A stretch of 64,000 nt of DNA, taken from contig JBBINH010000001.1 in assembly GCA_037443945.1 (NCBI GenBank), positions 5,965-69,964 of the forward strand, read 5' to 3'. The stretch's first letter is position 1. Each line of letters begins with the position of its first letter. The notes under the pieces are model-generated. The model made no database searches. It was not told the DNA's origin and saw nothing but the letters and a program-made list of their open reading frames with translations. The stretch is from Caldilineales bacterium. Its GTDB lineage: Bacteria; Chloroflexota; Anaerolineae; J102. The position numbers and the translations under genes are program-made. Below are positions 26,425-36,805 of the stretch, in pieces.

Positions 26425-27948
26425 ATGAGCTTGTTTCGCAAAATCCTGGTTGCCAACCGCGGGGAAATCGCCGTGCGCATCATCCGCGCCTGCCAGGAGC
26501 TGGGCATTGCCACCGTGGCGGTCTATTCCGAGGCGGATGCGGCGGCTTTGCACACGAGTCTGGCCGATGAGGCCGTGTGCATCGGGCCGCCACCGCCTCT
26601 GCAATCTTACCTGCAGGCCGAGACCCTGCTGGCCGTGGCCCGTGAACACGGCTGCGACGCTGTGCATCCCGGCTACGGCTTTCTGGCCGAAAACGCCGAT
26701 TTCGCTGCCGCCGTGGCCGCAGTCGGCCTCACCTTTATCGGCCCGTCGGCGGCTGCCATGCGCGCCGTGGGAGGCAAAATCCCCAGTCGACAGGTGATGG
26801 AGGCGGCCGGGGTACCGGTGGTTCCCGGCTATCATCCCGTTGCCGTCGAACCCGCCGAGCAGACGGTTGAGCTGGCCGCAGCGGCAGAGCGCCTGGGTTA
26901 TCCGATCCTGATCAAGGCCACGGCGGGGGGTGGCGGCAAGGGTATGCGCATCGTGACCGATCCCGCTCGCCTGGCGGTCGAGCTGGAATCGGCCCGTCGC
27001 GAGGCGCAGAACGCCTTCGGCGACCCGACGGTGTATCTGGAAAAACTCATCCCTGACCCGCGCCATATCGAATTCCAGATTCTGGCCGACCATTACGGTC
27101 ATGTTATCCATCTCGGCGAGCGCGAATGCAGCATTCAGCGCCGCCACCAGAAGATCATCGAGGAGACGCCCTCCCCGGCCCTCACGCCGGAGTTACGGGC
27201 GCGCATGGGCGCGGCAGCCGTGGCTGCGGCCCAGGCTGTCGGGTACACCAACGCCGGGACGGTGGAGTTCTTGCTGGCACCCGATGGACGCTTCTACTTC
27301 CTGGAGATGAATACCCGCTTACAGGTCGAACACCCCATCACCGAGGCGGTGACGGGTATCGACCTGGTCAAAGCCCAAATCCGCATCGCCGCCGGCCAAC
27401 CTCTGCCTTGGCGCCAGGAGGCGATCACCTGGCGTGGGCATGCTATCGAGGCCCGGATTTACGCCGAAGACCCGGCCAATCAGTTCCTCCCTGCTACCGG
27501 TCGGGTGCTGTTGCTATCTGCGCCGGTCGGGCCGGGGATTCGTGTGGACACGGGGATCATGGCCGGTGATGTCGTCGGATTGTACTACGATCCCATGATA
27601 GCCAAACTTATCTGCTGGGCCGAGAACCGAGATGAGGCCGTGCGCAAGCTTGATTGGGCACTGGCCCACTATCTCATCGCCGGGGTGACGACCAATATCC
27701 CCTATTTGCAGGCCATCGTAAGGCATCCGGCTTATCGCCGGGGCGAGCTAAGCACCGATTTCGTTGCACGCCATCTGGCCGCCTGGCAGCCGCCCTTGGC
27801 CGAGCCGTCGGACGAGGTGCTCGTGGCCGCTGCTGTGGCCGATTTTCAGGGGGATGGTGTGACGCCGATGGCAGGGGCCATTCAACCGGGGGGCGAGCCG
27901 TATAACCCCTGGCGTGTGGCCGATGGTTTTCGTCTGGGAGGCGGTTGA
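26425..27948 (+). CDS. accC: biotin carboxylase subunit of an acyl-CoA carboxylase
   Basis: KILVANRGEIA, HPGYGFLAEN, GGGGKGMR, RECSIQRRHQK, EMNTRLQVEH, YYDPMIAK. Confidence 0.93.
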   Translation: MSLFRKILVANRGEIAVRIIRACQELGIATVAVYSEADAAALHTSLADEAVCIGPPPPLQSYLQAETLLAVAREHGCDAVHPGYGFLAENADFAAAVAAVGLTFIGPSAAAMRAVGGKIPSRQVMEAAGVPVVPGYHPVAVEPAEQTVELAAAAERLGYPILIKATAGGGGKGMRIVTDPARLAVELESARREAQNAFGDPTVYLEKLIPDPRHIEFQILADHYGHVIHLGERECSIQRRHQKIIEETPSPALTPELRARMGAAAVAAAQAVGYTNAGTVEFLLAPDGRFYFLEMNTRLQVEHPITEAVTGIDLVKAQIRIAAGQPLPWRQEAITWRGHAIEARIYAEDPANQFLPATGRVLLLSAPVGPGIRVDTGIMAGDVVGLYYDPMIAKLICWAENRDEAVRKLDWALAHYLIAGVTTNIPYLQAIVRHPAYRRGELSTDFVARHLAAWQPPLAEPSDEVLVAAAVADFQGDGVTPMAGAIQPGGEPYNPWRVADGFRLGGG

Positions 27949-27949
27949 A

Positions 27950-28438
27950 ATGGAATTCCGCTATGCCTGGGGCGATGGCGAGGCGACGGTACAGGTGCAA
28001 GCCGCCGGCGATGGCCTATGGGTTACGATTCGGCGACCCGGCCAGGAGCCGGTCGGTTATCGGGTGATGGTGCTCCGTTGCGAAGCCGAGCGCCTTATCC
28101 TGCGCATGGGCGAACGGCATCTTCTCTTCCACGTGGCCCGCGACGGCAAGGCGCGCGTGGTGGCGCAGGGCGCTCGCGTCTTCCGGCTGGAACCTCCCAC
28201 CCTGCGCGAGGCGCGTCCGCCCGCTGCCGGCGATCTGACGGCCGTGATGCCGGGAAAGGTCCTCGATGTGCTCGTGCAGCCGGGGCAGCGGGTCGATGCC
28301 GGCACCCCCCTGGTCATTCTGGAGGCGATGAAAATGGAGCTGCGGATCACGGCGCCCGGCGACGGCGTGGTGACGGCCGTGTTTGTGCGGGCCGGCGATG
28401 TGGTCAATCCGGGGCAGAAGTTGGTGGAGCTGCATTGA
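27950..28438 (+). CDS. biotin carboxyl carrier protein with N-terminal BT-like domain
   Basis: EAMKME biotinylation motif; GGAGG RBS before ATG 27950. Confidence 0.9.
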   Translation: MEFRYAWGDGEATVQVQAAGDGLWVTIRRPGQEPVGYRVMVLRCEAERLILRMGERHLLFHVARDGKARVVAQGARVFRLEPPTLREARPPAAGDLTAVMPGKVLDVLVQPGQRVDAGTPLVILEAMKMELRITAPGDGVVTAVFVRAGDVVNPGQKLVELH

Positions 28439-28583
28439 GACGTGCGCATCGCCAGCACAAGGCGCAAACCGGGAGGAAAAAACGGCCAGGCCGCCCAACC
28501 TCCTCGCCCTCTGACGGCCGCTTCCTGCGTGCCGGCGATGGCTTCGCCTGTCCGACCCCTGCCCTTTGGTGTACAATGACCCC

Positions 28584-29570
28584 ATGCGCCAAGTGCGTTT
28601 GGTTGCCCGCCTGAGCATCCTCCTGCTGGCTTTGGGCTTCATGGGCTGGTGGCTTTACGGCCGCTGGGACGAGCTGCGTCAGTATTCCTGGCGGTGGCAG
28701 CCCCTGTGGCTGCTGCCGACCGTTCTCTTGATTCTGGTCAGCTGGTTGTTGGAAGTGGCCGTCTGGCGGCGTTTACTGGCCTCGCTTGGCGGCTTGATCG
28801 GATATGGTATCGGTTTGCGTATCTGGTTTATCAGCGCCGTTTTGCGCTATATCCCCGGCAATGTCTGGCAGCCCCTGAGCATGACCGTGTTGTGTCGGCA
28901 ACAGGGAATACGCCCGGAGATGACAGTAGCAGGTGTGGCGCTGTATCAGGCCGTCAATGTGCTGGCAGCGGCGCTCATTGCGGCGCTGTACTTTCCCCTG
29001 ACGGGCAATCTGGGCCTGTTGGCCTTGTGGCTGCCATCGGCCACGGCGCGCTGGCTGTGGGTGTTGGTCGTGCCGGTGGTCGTGTTCGGTTGGCGTCCCT
29101 GGTGGCTTGTCGGCTTGCTGAACTACGGTCTGCGGTGGCTCCGACGCCCGCCTCTGCCGGCGACGCTGGATGTCGGCATCTTGGCCTGGGCGCTGATCGG
29201 CGAACTGGCAGCTTGGCTGGCCCTGGGTTTGGGCTTTGCCACCCTGACGCTGGCGTTGGCCGGGGGCTTGCAGTCGGGCCTGGGGGGGCAGCTTGTTCAT
29301 CTGGTGGCGGATTACCCGCTTGCCTATGTCATCGGCTTTCTCAGTTTTGTGACACCCAGCGGCCTGGCCGTGCGTGAGGCAACGCTCTACATGCTGGCAG
29401 CGCCGGTGGTGGGTGGTGGGTTGATCACGGTGGTGGCGTTGGCCATGCGCATCCTGCTGATGGTAGGGGAGGCCGTGGTGGCCGGGTGGGCGCTGCTGAC
29501 CTGGCCGGGACTCCTGCCCCTTCGCCGTGTCCGCCCCCTTCGCTCAGGAGCAGGACAAGACCATGGCTAA
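28584..29570 (+). CDS. lysylphosphatidylglycerol-synthase-TM / UPF0104 flippase-like membrane protein
   Basis: LRYIPGNVW and FVTPSGLAVREA motifs; about 8 TM. Confidence 0.8.
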   Translation: MRQVRLVARLSILLLALGFMGWWLYGRWDELRQYSWRWQPLWLLPTVLLILVSWLLEVAVWRRLLASLGGLIGYGIGLRIWFISAVLRYIPGNVWQPLSMTVLCRQQGIRPEMTVAGVALYQAVNVLAAALIAALYFPLTGNLGLLALWLPSATARWLWVLVVPVVVFGWRPWWLVGLLNYGLRWLRRPPLPATLDVGILAWALIGELAAWLALGLGFATLTLALAGGLQSGLGGQLVHLVADYPLAYVIGFLSFVTPSGLAVREATLYMLAAPVVGGGLITVVALAMRILLMVGEAVVAGWALLTWPGLLPLRRVRPLRSGAGQDHG

Positions 29571-32046
29571 ACCAAGCGCGCGCAAGGAGTGGGCTCCCTA
29601 TCTGGTTCTCCTGGTGCTGGCCCTGGTTTATGGGCTTCTGTTCACCCATTTGGCCTTCGCCCAACATGCCGGTATGCGCACCCATAAGGCCGATCTAGGA
29701 CAGATCGATCAGGCCATTTGGAACACCAGCCGCGGGCGTCTGCTGGAGTTTAGCGAGGGGAGCCGACAATCGGTCCGGTTGACCGATCACGTCGAGCCTA
29801 TTTTTGTCCTGATCGGCCCGATTTTTTGGCTGTGGGATGACGTCCGGGCGTTGTTGCTGTTGCAGGTGCTCTTCGCCGTTGTGGGGGTGTGGCCGCTGTA
29901 TGCCCTGGCGCGGCGACGCCTGCCGCCCTGGCCGGCGCTGGCTCCGGCTGCGGCCTATTTGCTGGCACCGCCGTTGCAATCGGCGTTGTTGAGCGAGTTT
30001 CACGCCATTCCCCTGGTTGTGCCCCTGGTCCTGTGGGCATTGTGGGCCGTAGAAGCAGGACACCGGCGCCACTTTCTCCTGGCGACGCTATTGGTGGCCG
30101 TCGTCAAAGAGGAGTCGGCCTTGTTGGCGGCGGGATTGGGTTTGTGGGCGGTCTGGCAGGCCCGACTGCGACCGGCCGGAAGCGCCGAAAGACGGCGGTG
30201 GCTGGCGGCAGGCCTGGTCATGCTCCTGTTGGGGATGGTTTGGTTTGCCGTCGCCACCTTTATCATCATCCCACCGTATGCTGCCCAAGTCTACAGGAAA
30301 GAACGGTCGGTCTATTTCCAACGCTATGGCGCCCTGGGCGATGGTCTTCTGGATATCCTCGGCACACTTTTGACCCGACCCGGTCTGGTGTGGGATATCC
30401 TCACCGAGCCGGCCCGGTTGCGGTATCTGTTTGGGCTATTGGCACCCTTTGGCCTGCTCAGCCTGGCTGGGCTCGACGTTGTCTTACTGGCCCTGCCGCT
30501 TCTGCTGGCCAATCTGCTCAGTGCCTACCCGGCCCAGTACTACGGCGAGTTTCACTACAGCGCGCCGCTCGTGCCCTATCTGGCGGCGGCGGCGGTGTAC
30601 GGCCTCGCTCGGATTCGGGATCGGTTTCCGCCGTCCGGACCGCGCGCACAGGTAACGCTACTGTTGGGGCTGTGGATGCTGGGCTGGGCTATCGCTTGGT
30701 ATGTCCTCATGGGACGCGGGCCGGGTGGAGGTCGTTTTGATCCCACACCGATCACAGAGCATCATCGTCTGCTTCCCCGTTTCGTGGCGCAGATTCCGGC
30801 CGAGGCCGCCGTGACCGCCACGGCCGCCGTGCATCCTCATATCAGCCATCGTCGCTATGCCTATCAATTTCCGGAGGGCCTAACGGGTCCGGCGCCGGCC
30901 GATTATGCCTTGATCGATGTCCTGACGAATACCGATATGGCGCCGGGCGCGGTCCGCGCCCAGGTAGAAGCCATGCTGGCCGGCGATTGGGGGGTTGTGG
31001 ATGCGAACGATGGCTTTTTGCTCTTACGGCGCGGGGCAACGACCAAAACGATTCCGGCAGCGTTCTACCGGTTCGTACGCGGACCGGCTACCGCTCCTGT
31101 TCCGGAAGCCGCTTTGCGTTGGCAAGGTGTCGCCGTGGTCGATCGACCTTTCTGGCGTCAGACCCAGGTGGTAACGTATTGGCAGGTTGGCGCTGCCTTC
31201 GCGCCGGCCACGGTCCGTCCCTGGCTGGAACTGCGCACACCGGCCGGTGAGTTGGTCTACACCTGGGATAGCCTGGCGCCGCCGGCCCTGATCTGGTATC
31301 CCCCTACCCTCTGGCAACCGGGGGAGGTGATCACGATCACGACGGTGCCGTTGCCGTTGCCGCGCGATTGGGGTGCCATCATCGGCGTTGTCCATGGTCC
31401 CAATCCGTTTGCGGCCGGCGATCGGTTGCCGATAGAGCAGGTCGTGGCCGATGCGGCGCCGTTGCGTTCGTCTGATGGAACATTGGCTCTGGTCGCTGCC
31501 TATACCCGTCGAGAGGATGGCACCCTGGCACCGTTGCCCCTCGGTTCCGGAAGAACACCGGAAGCCTTTTTGTCCGGCCCCCTGCAGACGGTGGCGGCCA
31601 CCTTTGTGGCCTCCCATGGCGGTCTGTTTCCCTTGCAGGCGGCTTTTGCGCGGCGTCGGCTCTGGCCCGGTGCTGTGCTCGATCTGGTTCTGATCTGGCC
31701 CGATGGTTTGCCCCCCGGTCATGTGGTCTTTGTCCATCTCCGTCAGGAGGGGGTCAACATCGCCCAGGCCGATGGTCCCCCGCGGTTTTTCCTGCCCCCC
31801 GGCGAAGCAACGACGCCCGTTGACCGGCGCCAGGTGCTCATCCCGGCCAACGTTCGTACCGGCGCTCTCCTCGATCTCGTCGTCGGGCTTTATCATGCCG
31901 AGACCGGTGTCCGCCTGCCCATCCGGGATGTCTCCGGTCAGGACATGGGAAACGAGCTGGTCGTGGGGCGATTTCGCCTGGGCCAACCTGCCGTGCCCGA
32001 CCAGGCCTGTGCCCTGGTGCCGGCAACCTGCCCCGCGCAGCCCTAG
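29563..32046 (+). CDS. DUF2079-family membrane protein (putative GT-C glycosyltransferase) with C-terminal extracellular domains
   Basis: ADLGQIDQAIWN, DHVEPI, EFHAIPL, VKEE, YSAPLVP. Confidence 0.82.
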   Translation: MAKPSARKEWAPYLVLLVLALVYGLLFTHLAFAQHAGMRTHKADLGQIDQAIWNTSRGRLLEFSEGSRQSVRLTDHVEPIFVLIGPIFWLWDDVRALLLLQVLFAVVGVWPLYALARRRLPPWPALAPAAAYLLAPPLQSALLSEFHAIPLVVPLVLWALWAVEAGHRRHFLLATLLVAVVKEESALLAAGLGLWAVWQARLRPAGSAERRRWLAAGLVMLLLGMVWFAVATFIIIPPYAAQVYRKERSVYFQRYGALGDGLLDILGTLLTRPGLVWDILTEPARLRYLFGLLAPFGLLSLAGLDVVLLALPLLLANLLSAYPAQYYGEFHYSAPLVPYLAAAAVYGLARIRDRFPPSGPRAQVTLLLGLWMLGWAIAWYVLMGRGPGGGRFDPTPITEHHRLLPRFVAQIPAEAAVTATAAVHPHISHRRYAYQFPEGLTGPAPADYALIDVLTNTDMAPGAVRAQVEAMLAGDWGVVDANDGFLLLRRGATTKTIPAAFYRFVRGPATAPVPEAALRWQGVAVVDRPFWRQTQVVTYWQVGAAFAPATVRPWLELRTPAGELVYTWDSLAPPALIWYPPTLWQPGEVITITTVPLPLPRDWGAIIGVVHGPNPFAAGDRLPIEQVVADAAPLRSSDGTLALVAAYTRREDGTLAPLPLGSGRTPEAFLSGPLQTVAATFVASHGGLFPLQAAFARRRLWPGAVLDLVLIWPDGLPPGHVVFVHLRQEGVNIAQADGPPRFFLPPGEATTPVDRRQVLIPANVRTGALLDLVVGLYHAETGVRLPIRDVSGQDMGNELVVGRFRLGQPAVPDQACALVPATCPAQP

Positions 32047-32168
32047 GCCGTGCTTTCCCCTATCAACCGGGAGACGGCTCGCAAAGGCCGGTCTTCGCTT
32101 CCCTGTTGATTGAAAAGGGATCGATCATGCCCTATAATGAGGGCACTTGCCATCCGAGAGCGACGACG

Positions 32169-33083
32169 ATGAGCAAAAGCGCCGACATCGGCAGCAAACG
32201 TCTGATCGGCCTGGCTCCTACGGCCTGGTTGCGTTGGTTACTCAACGATGAGACCGTTGAGGTGTTAGCGCTGTTGGCTGCCGATTTTCAATGGGTCGGT
32301 CGCGAGACCGATATGGTGCTCCGGGCTCGCAGCCCCTTGTACGGTGAGTTCCTTGTCATCAACGAGATGCAGCTCCGACCCGATCCGGCGATGCCGCGAC
32401 GTCTCACCGCCTACACGGCTTTGGCCCGTGAGCGCTATGCCCTACCGGTCTATCCGGTGGTCATCAACATTCTTATCGGTCCCGGTGTAGCCCCGTCGCC
32501 ACCCCGGTTTGAATCGGAGTTCCTCGGCCTGATAGCCCGCCAGGATTTTCACCAAGTCAATCTGTGGGAGCTCGATGCCCGCCCCATTCTGCAGACACCC
32601 GTCTTGCCTCTTTTGCCTTTTGTCCCGATCATGCAGGGTGGTGGCGAAGCCGAGGCTCTGGAGAAGGCGCTTCGGCTCTTGCGCGCCGATCCCAATTTGG
32701 CCGAAATGGAGACCTTGCTGGCCTTTTTCGCCAGTTTTGTCTTTCCAACCGAACTTATCCGCCGTATGATGAGGTGGGATATGACCGTTCTACGTGAATC
32801 GCCCTGGTATCAAGAAATTTTCAGCGAGGGCCTGGAGCAGGGCTTACAACAGGGCCTGCAACAGGGCCTGCAACAGGGCCTGGAAAAAGGACGTGCCGAG
32901 GCCTTGATCGCAACGCTATTGGGCATTTTACGGCATCGTTTTGGCGATGTGCCGGATGATCTGGTTGCCATGCTGGGTCGGCTTCCGGCTGCGCAATTGA
33001 GCGATCTGGTCAACCCGGCGCTTGATGTCCCCACGTTGGCGGAGTTCTACGCGCTGATTCCCGACGATGCCGACCCGCATTGA
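32169..33083 (+). CDS. Rpn/YhgA-like PD-(D/E)xK nuclease-family protein ('putative transposase')
   Basis: SKSADIGSKRL, ETDMVL, INEMQLR, LRESPWYQEI, GLQQ repeats, short C-terminal helical domain. Confidence 0.82.
   Translation: MSKSADIGSKRLIGLAPTAWLRWLLNDETVEVLALLAADFQWVGRETDMVLRARSPLYGEFLVINEMQLRPDPAMPRRLTAYTALARERYALPVYPVVINILIGPGVAPSPPRFESEFLGLIARQDFHQVNLWELDARPILQTPVLPLLPFVPIMQGGGEAEALEKALRLLRADPNLAEMETLLAFFASFVFPTELIRRMMRWDMTVLRESPWYQEIFSEGLEQGLQQGLQQGLQQGLEKGRAEALIATLLGILRHRFGDVPDDLVAMLGRLPAAQLSDLVNPALDVPTLAEFYALIPDDADPH
32828..32887 (+). repeat. five in-frame 12-bp tandem repeats (GLxQ) in the Rpn gene
   Basis: gggcctggagca gggcttacaaca gggcctgcaaca gggcctgcaaca gggcctggaaaa. Confidence 0.9.
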
Positions 33084-33209
33084 CCGTTCCCAGAAGCCAC
33101 GCCATCGGCAGATCCGGCTTTGCTCCCCCAGGGGACAAAGCAAGCCAGGGGTTGAAAGGGGACAACAACGGTCTTTGCCGACAGCATGGCCGTTCAGGAA
33201 GCCTGAATC

Positions 33210-33542
33210 ATGAGCCTATCTCTCAACGAGTATCAACATCTGGCCTTGCGCACGGCCGGAAAGCACGGCGATGGGGAACGTACCCTCATCTACACGACCC
33301 TGGGATTGAACGGCGAGGCCGGCGAGGTGGCCGAGCTGGTGAAAAAGGCCTTCTTCCACGGCCATGAGCTGCCGCGCGAACAGCTAAAGCATGAACTGGG
33401 TGACGTGTTGTGGTACGTCGCCGTTCTGGCCTGGACCATGGGATGGGAACTGGATGAGGTGGCCCGGGACAACATCGCCAAACTGGCCCGGCGCTATCCT
33501 GAGGGTTTTTCCGACGAACGTTCGCGACACCGGACCGAGTAG
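33210..33542 (+). CDS. MazG-like NTP pyrophosphohydrolase
   Basis: LNEYQ, GLNGEAGEVAELVKK, ELGDVLWY, NIAKLARRYP. Confidence 0.9.
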   Translation: MSLSLNEYQHLALRTAGKHGDGERTLIYTTLGLNGEAGEVAELVKKAFFHGHELPREQLKHELGDVLWYVAVLAWTMGWELDEVARDNIAKLARRYPEGFSDERSRHRTE

Positions 33543-33547
33543 CGGCC

Positions 33548-35419
33548 ATGGCGGGGCGGTTGACCTACCGATCAGGTCTGGTGGTCCTCGTGCTCCTGGC
33601 CTGCGGATTGCGCCTGTATCGTCTCGATGTCCAGAGCCTGTGGTATGACGAAGGCGTAACCGCCCAGGTAGCCCGCCTGGACATCCCTGAGTTGGTCCGT
33701 TGGACGGCTAACGACATCCAGCCGCCGCTCTATTACGTGCTGGTGGCGGGCTGGTTATGGGTCATGGACCCGTGGGCCGGTTCGCTGGCCTATACCTTGC
33801 GCTGGCTTTCGGCAGCCTGGGGCGTGCTGCTCGTGCCGCTGGTGGCGGCGCTGGCCCGACGTCTGTGGGACGACCGGGCTGCCCTGGGAGCGGCCTGGAT
33901 AACGGCTACGGCGCCGACCATGGTCTACTACGGCCAGGAAGCGCGCATGTACACGCTGCTGATGCTATGGGTAACCGGCATCGCCTATGCCCTGGTCCGA
34001 TGGCATCAGGCCAGGCCGAGCGGATTGCGGCCGATGGCGGCTTATATCGTCGTCGCCCTGGCCGCCCTCTATACCCACTACTTCGCCGGTTTTGCCCTGT
34101 TGGCGTTGGCATTACCCTGGTTATGGGCCTGGTGGCAGAACGGCCGCCCATCGCGCGCGCTGGTCCGTTTTCTGGCAGCCAACGCCCTTGTCCTGGCCGG
34201 CTTTGCGGCCTGGCTCCCGGCCATGCTCCGGCGCCTGCAGGTGGATAGCAGCTATTGGCCGGGGACCCTCAAAGTGGGTGAAGCCCTGTGGGATGTCATC
34301 ATCCATACCATGACCGGCGCCACCGAGCTCATGCGCGAAGACCAGGCCCGTATCGCCGTCATAATCCTGGTGCCGGCCGCGTTACTCTGGCTGGTCGCCC
34401 TGAGACGCTATCCGGCGGCACCTCATACCGGTCTCCTGCTGGCGGCGTGGGGTCTGTTGCCGACCGTCCTTATCCTGGCCCTGGCCTATCGTATACCCAA
34501 ATTCAACCCGCGCTATCTGCTCATCATCTGGCCCGTCTGGGCGTTATTCGTCGGCGGCGGGCTGGCAGCCCTGAGGCCGGACCGCCTGCGCCTGCCCTCT
34601 AGCCTGATACGGTCGGCTTTTGCCGTGACCCTGGGGATCGTTCTGGCCGTTCATGCTTTTGGCCTGTTCAACTGGTTCACCCATCCGGCTTTTGCCAAAA
34701 CCGACTGGCGCGATGCCATTGCCTACATGTACACCCATCGCCAGCCGGATGAAGCCGTCCTGCTTGTCTCCGGCCATGCCTATCCCGTCTTCGATGCCTA
34801 CGTGCCGGCAGCCTTGGGCGTGACCCGTTATCGCCTGCCCGCAATCGCCATCCTCGATGTGCGTCAGGTGCTCGGTTGGGAAGAAACGGCTCGGCATCTC
34901 AACCGTGACCTGGCCGGATGGGGCGGTGTGTGGCTGTTTTTGTGGCAGGATGATGTGGTCGATCCGGCCGGTGTCGTTACGACGTTGCTCGACCGTTACG
35001 CCATCCCGCAACCGACCCCGACCTTTCCCTTTCTCGGCCTGCGTCACTATCGGCTCGATCCGAACCGGGCTTTTCCCGAGCAACCCCCTATGACCCACCC
35101 CGGCACCGTTTTTGCCGATCGGCTGCGTCTGGTCGGAGCGGAATTCACCACCGAGGCCATCTGGCTCTACTGGCAGGCCTTGCAACCCGATCTCCCCGAC
35201 CTGCAGGTGGCCCTGACCTGGCGCGACGCTGCCGGTCAGGTCGTGAAGCAGGAGATCATCCGTCCTGTAGGCTACGATTTCCCCACCACGCGCTGGCAGG
35301 TCGGCGAAACCTATCCCGTCCGGTTGGAGCTCCCGGCGGCAGCCGTCACGTTGGAACTGACCGTGTTCATCGCCGAGGAGGCCGTGCCGTTGGGATCGTG
35401 GCAGCTCACACGGCCATAA
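33548..35419 (+). CDS. GT-C / PMT_2 (family 39-like) membrane glycosyltransferase
   Basis: SLWYDEG, DIQPPLYY, QEARMY, LYTHYF, PRYLL, DWRDA. Confidence 0.85.
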   Translation: MAGRLTYRSGLVVLVLLACGLRLYRLDVQSLWYDEGVTAQVARLDIPELVRWTANDIQPPLYYVLVAGWLWVMDPWAGSLAYTLRWLSAAWGVLLVPLVAALARRLWDDRAALGAAWITATAPTMVYYGQEARMYTLLMLWVTGIAYALVRWHQARPSGLRPMAAYIVVALAALYTHYFAGFALLALALPWLWAWWQNGRPSRALVRFLAANALVLAGFAAWLPAMLRRLQVDSSYWPGTLKVGEALWDVIIHTMTGATELMREDQARIAVIILVPAALLWLVALRRYPAAPHTGLLLAAWGLLPTVLILALAYRIPKFNPRYLLIIWPVWALFVGGGLAALRPDRLRLPSSLIRSAFAVTLGIVLAVHAFGLFNWFTHPAFAKTDWRDAIAYMYTHRQPDEAVLLVSGHAYPVFDAYVPAALGVTRYRLPAIAILDVRQVLGWEETARHLNRDLAGWGGVWLFLWQDDVVDPAGVVTTLLDRYAIPQPTPTFPFLGLRHYRLDPNRAFPEQPPMTHPGTVFADRLRLVGAEFTTEAIWLYWQALQPDLPDLQVALTWRDAAGQVVKQEIIRPVGYDFPTTRWQVGETYPVRLELPAAAVTLELTVFIAEEAVPLGSWQLTRP

Positions 35420-35470
35420 AGCGCCCGCCGAGAGCACAACCGCACTGACCGGGCGTTTGGGCGGATCTGG

Positions 35471-36805
35471 CTAGGGTGTCTTCAGCTTGCGATCGAGGGT
35501 TCGTCTGACGATATCCACATCCGCCGGCAGATAAATGGGGGGATTGGCATAGTGGGCTTCGACCCCCTCCAGTTTATCGTCGTGATAGCCCACCTTGAAC
35601 TGGGTGAACTTGAGACCGTGCGCCGTGGCGATCACGACGACGCGCTCTTGGGACCGGATGATGCCCTTCTTGACTAACTTGATCAGCACGGCCAGCGCCA
35701 CACCCGTGTGCGGGCAGGTGTAAAGCCCGGTGCGATCGGCCATGGCCGCAGCATCGGCCAGTTCGTGCTCGCTGGCCTCTTCGACTACGCCGTTGAAGGC
35801 GCGGATGGTGGCCACGGCTTTTTCGTAACTCACGGGATCGCCGATCTGGATGGCCGAGGCCAGGGTGGTGCTGGCCTTGAGGCGGACCTTCTCGCGAAAG
35901 CCGTTGAGATAGGACTGATAGAAGGGATTGGCGTTGGCGGCCTGGGCGGCGGCCAGGCGCGGCAGGCGGTCGATGAGACCCAGCTCCTTCATCTGCAAGA
36001 GCCCTTTACCCAGGGCGCTGATATTGCCGAGATTGCCGACGGGGATGACAAACCAATCGGGCACCTCCCAATCGAACTGCTGTACGACCTCGATGCCGAC
36101 CGTTTTCTGGCCTTCGATACGCAGCGAGTTCATGGAATTGGCCAGGTAAATGGTGTTGTCTTTGGTCACCTCTTTGACGATGGTCATACAGCCGTCGAAA
36201 TCGGTATCGAGGGCCAGCACGGTGGCGCCGTTGGCAATGGGCTGGATGAGCTGCGCCCGGCTGACCTTGCCCTGGGGAAGAAAGACGATGGTGGGGATGC
36301 CGGCCGTGGCGCCGTAGGCTGCCAATGAGGCCGAGGTGTCGCCGGTCGAGGCGCAGGCAATGGCGCGGATGGGCTTGCCCTGGCGGATCATCTGTTTGAC
36401 GACGCTGACCAACACCGTCATCCCCAAATCTTTGAACGAGCCGGTATGGCTGTTGCCCGATTGTTTGACCCACAGATCGGGCACCCCGATCTGCTCGCCC
36501 AGGCGCGTGGCCCGGAAGAGGTTCGTATTGCCCTCGAAGGTGCTGACGATGTTGTCGTCGTCGAGGCTGGGGACCACCCATTCCTTGTAACGCCACACCC
36601 CGGAGCCAAAAGGCCAGACGGTCGTACCGGCGCGGTCTTCAAACAGCCGCATCCAGGCCGAGCCGGAACGCTTGCGCAAGGCCTCGGTATCGTGGGCTAC
36701 CTCCAAGAGACCGCCGCAGTGGGGACATGTGTAGATGATTTCGTATAATGACCATTGTCCCGGACAACCGCGAAAACAACGAAAATAAGCGGAATAAGCA
36801 CTCAT
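35471..36805 (-). CDS. thrC: threonine synthase
   Basis: [13 protein letters not shown] lysine, [28 protein letters not shown]. Confidence 0.93.
   Translation of the reverse strand: MSAYSAYFRCFRGCPGQWSLYEIIYTCPHCGGLLEVAHDTEALRKRSGSAWMRLFEDRAGTTVWPFGSGVWRYKEWVVPSLDDDNIVSTFEGNTNLFRATRLGEQIGVPDLWVKQSGNSHTGSFKDLGMTVLVSVVKQMIRQGKPIRAIACASTGDTSASLAAYGATAGIPTIVFLPQGKVSRAQLIQPIANGATVLALDTDFDGCMTIVKEVTKDNTIYLANSMNSLRIEGQKTVGIEVVQQFDWEVPDWFVIPVGNLGNISALGKGLLQMKELGLIDRLPRLAAAQAANANPFYQSYLNGFREKVRLKASTTLASAIQIGDPVSYEKAVATIRAFNGVVEEASEHELADAAAMADRTGLYTCPHTGVALAVLIKLVKKGIIRSQERVVVIATAHGLKFTQFKVGYHDDKLEGVEAHYANPPIYLPADVDIVRRTLDRKLKTP

Noticed and set aside
27940-27955. Frameshift splitting a single carboxylase alpha gene
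   Set aside because: The downstream ATG has its own SD (GGAGG) and both products end and begin at domain boundaries, so two genes are more likely
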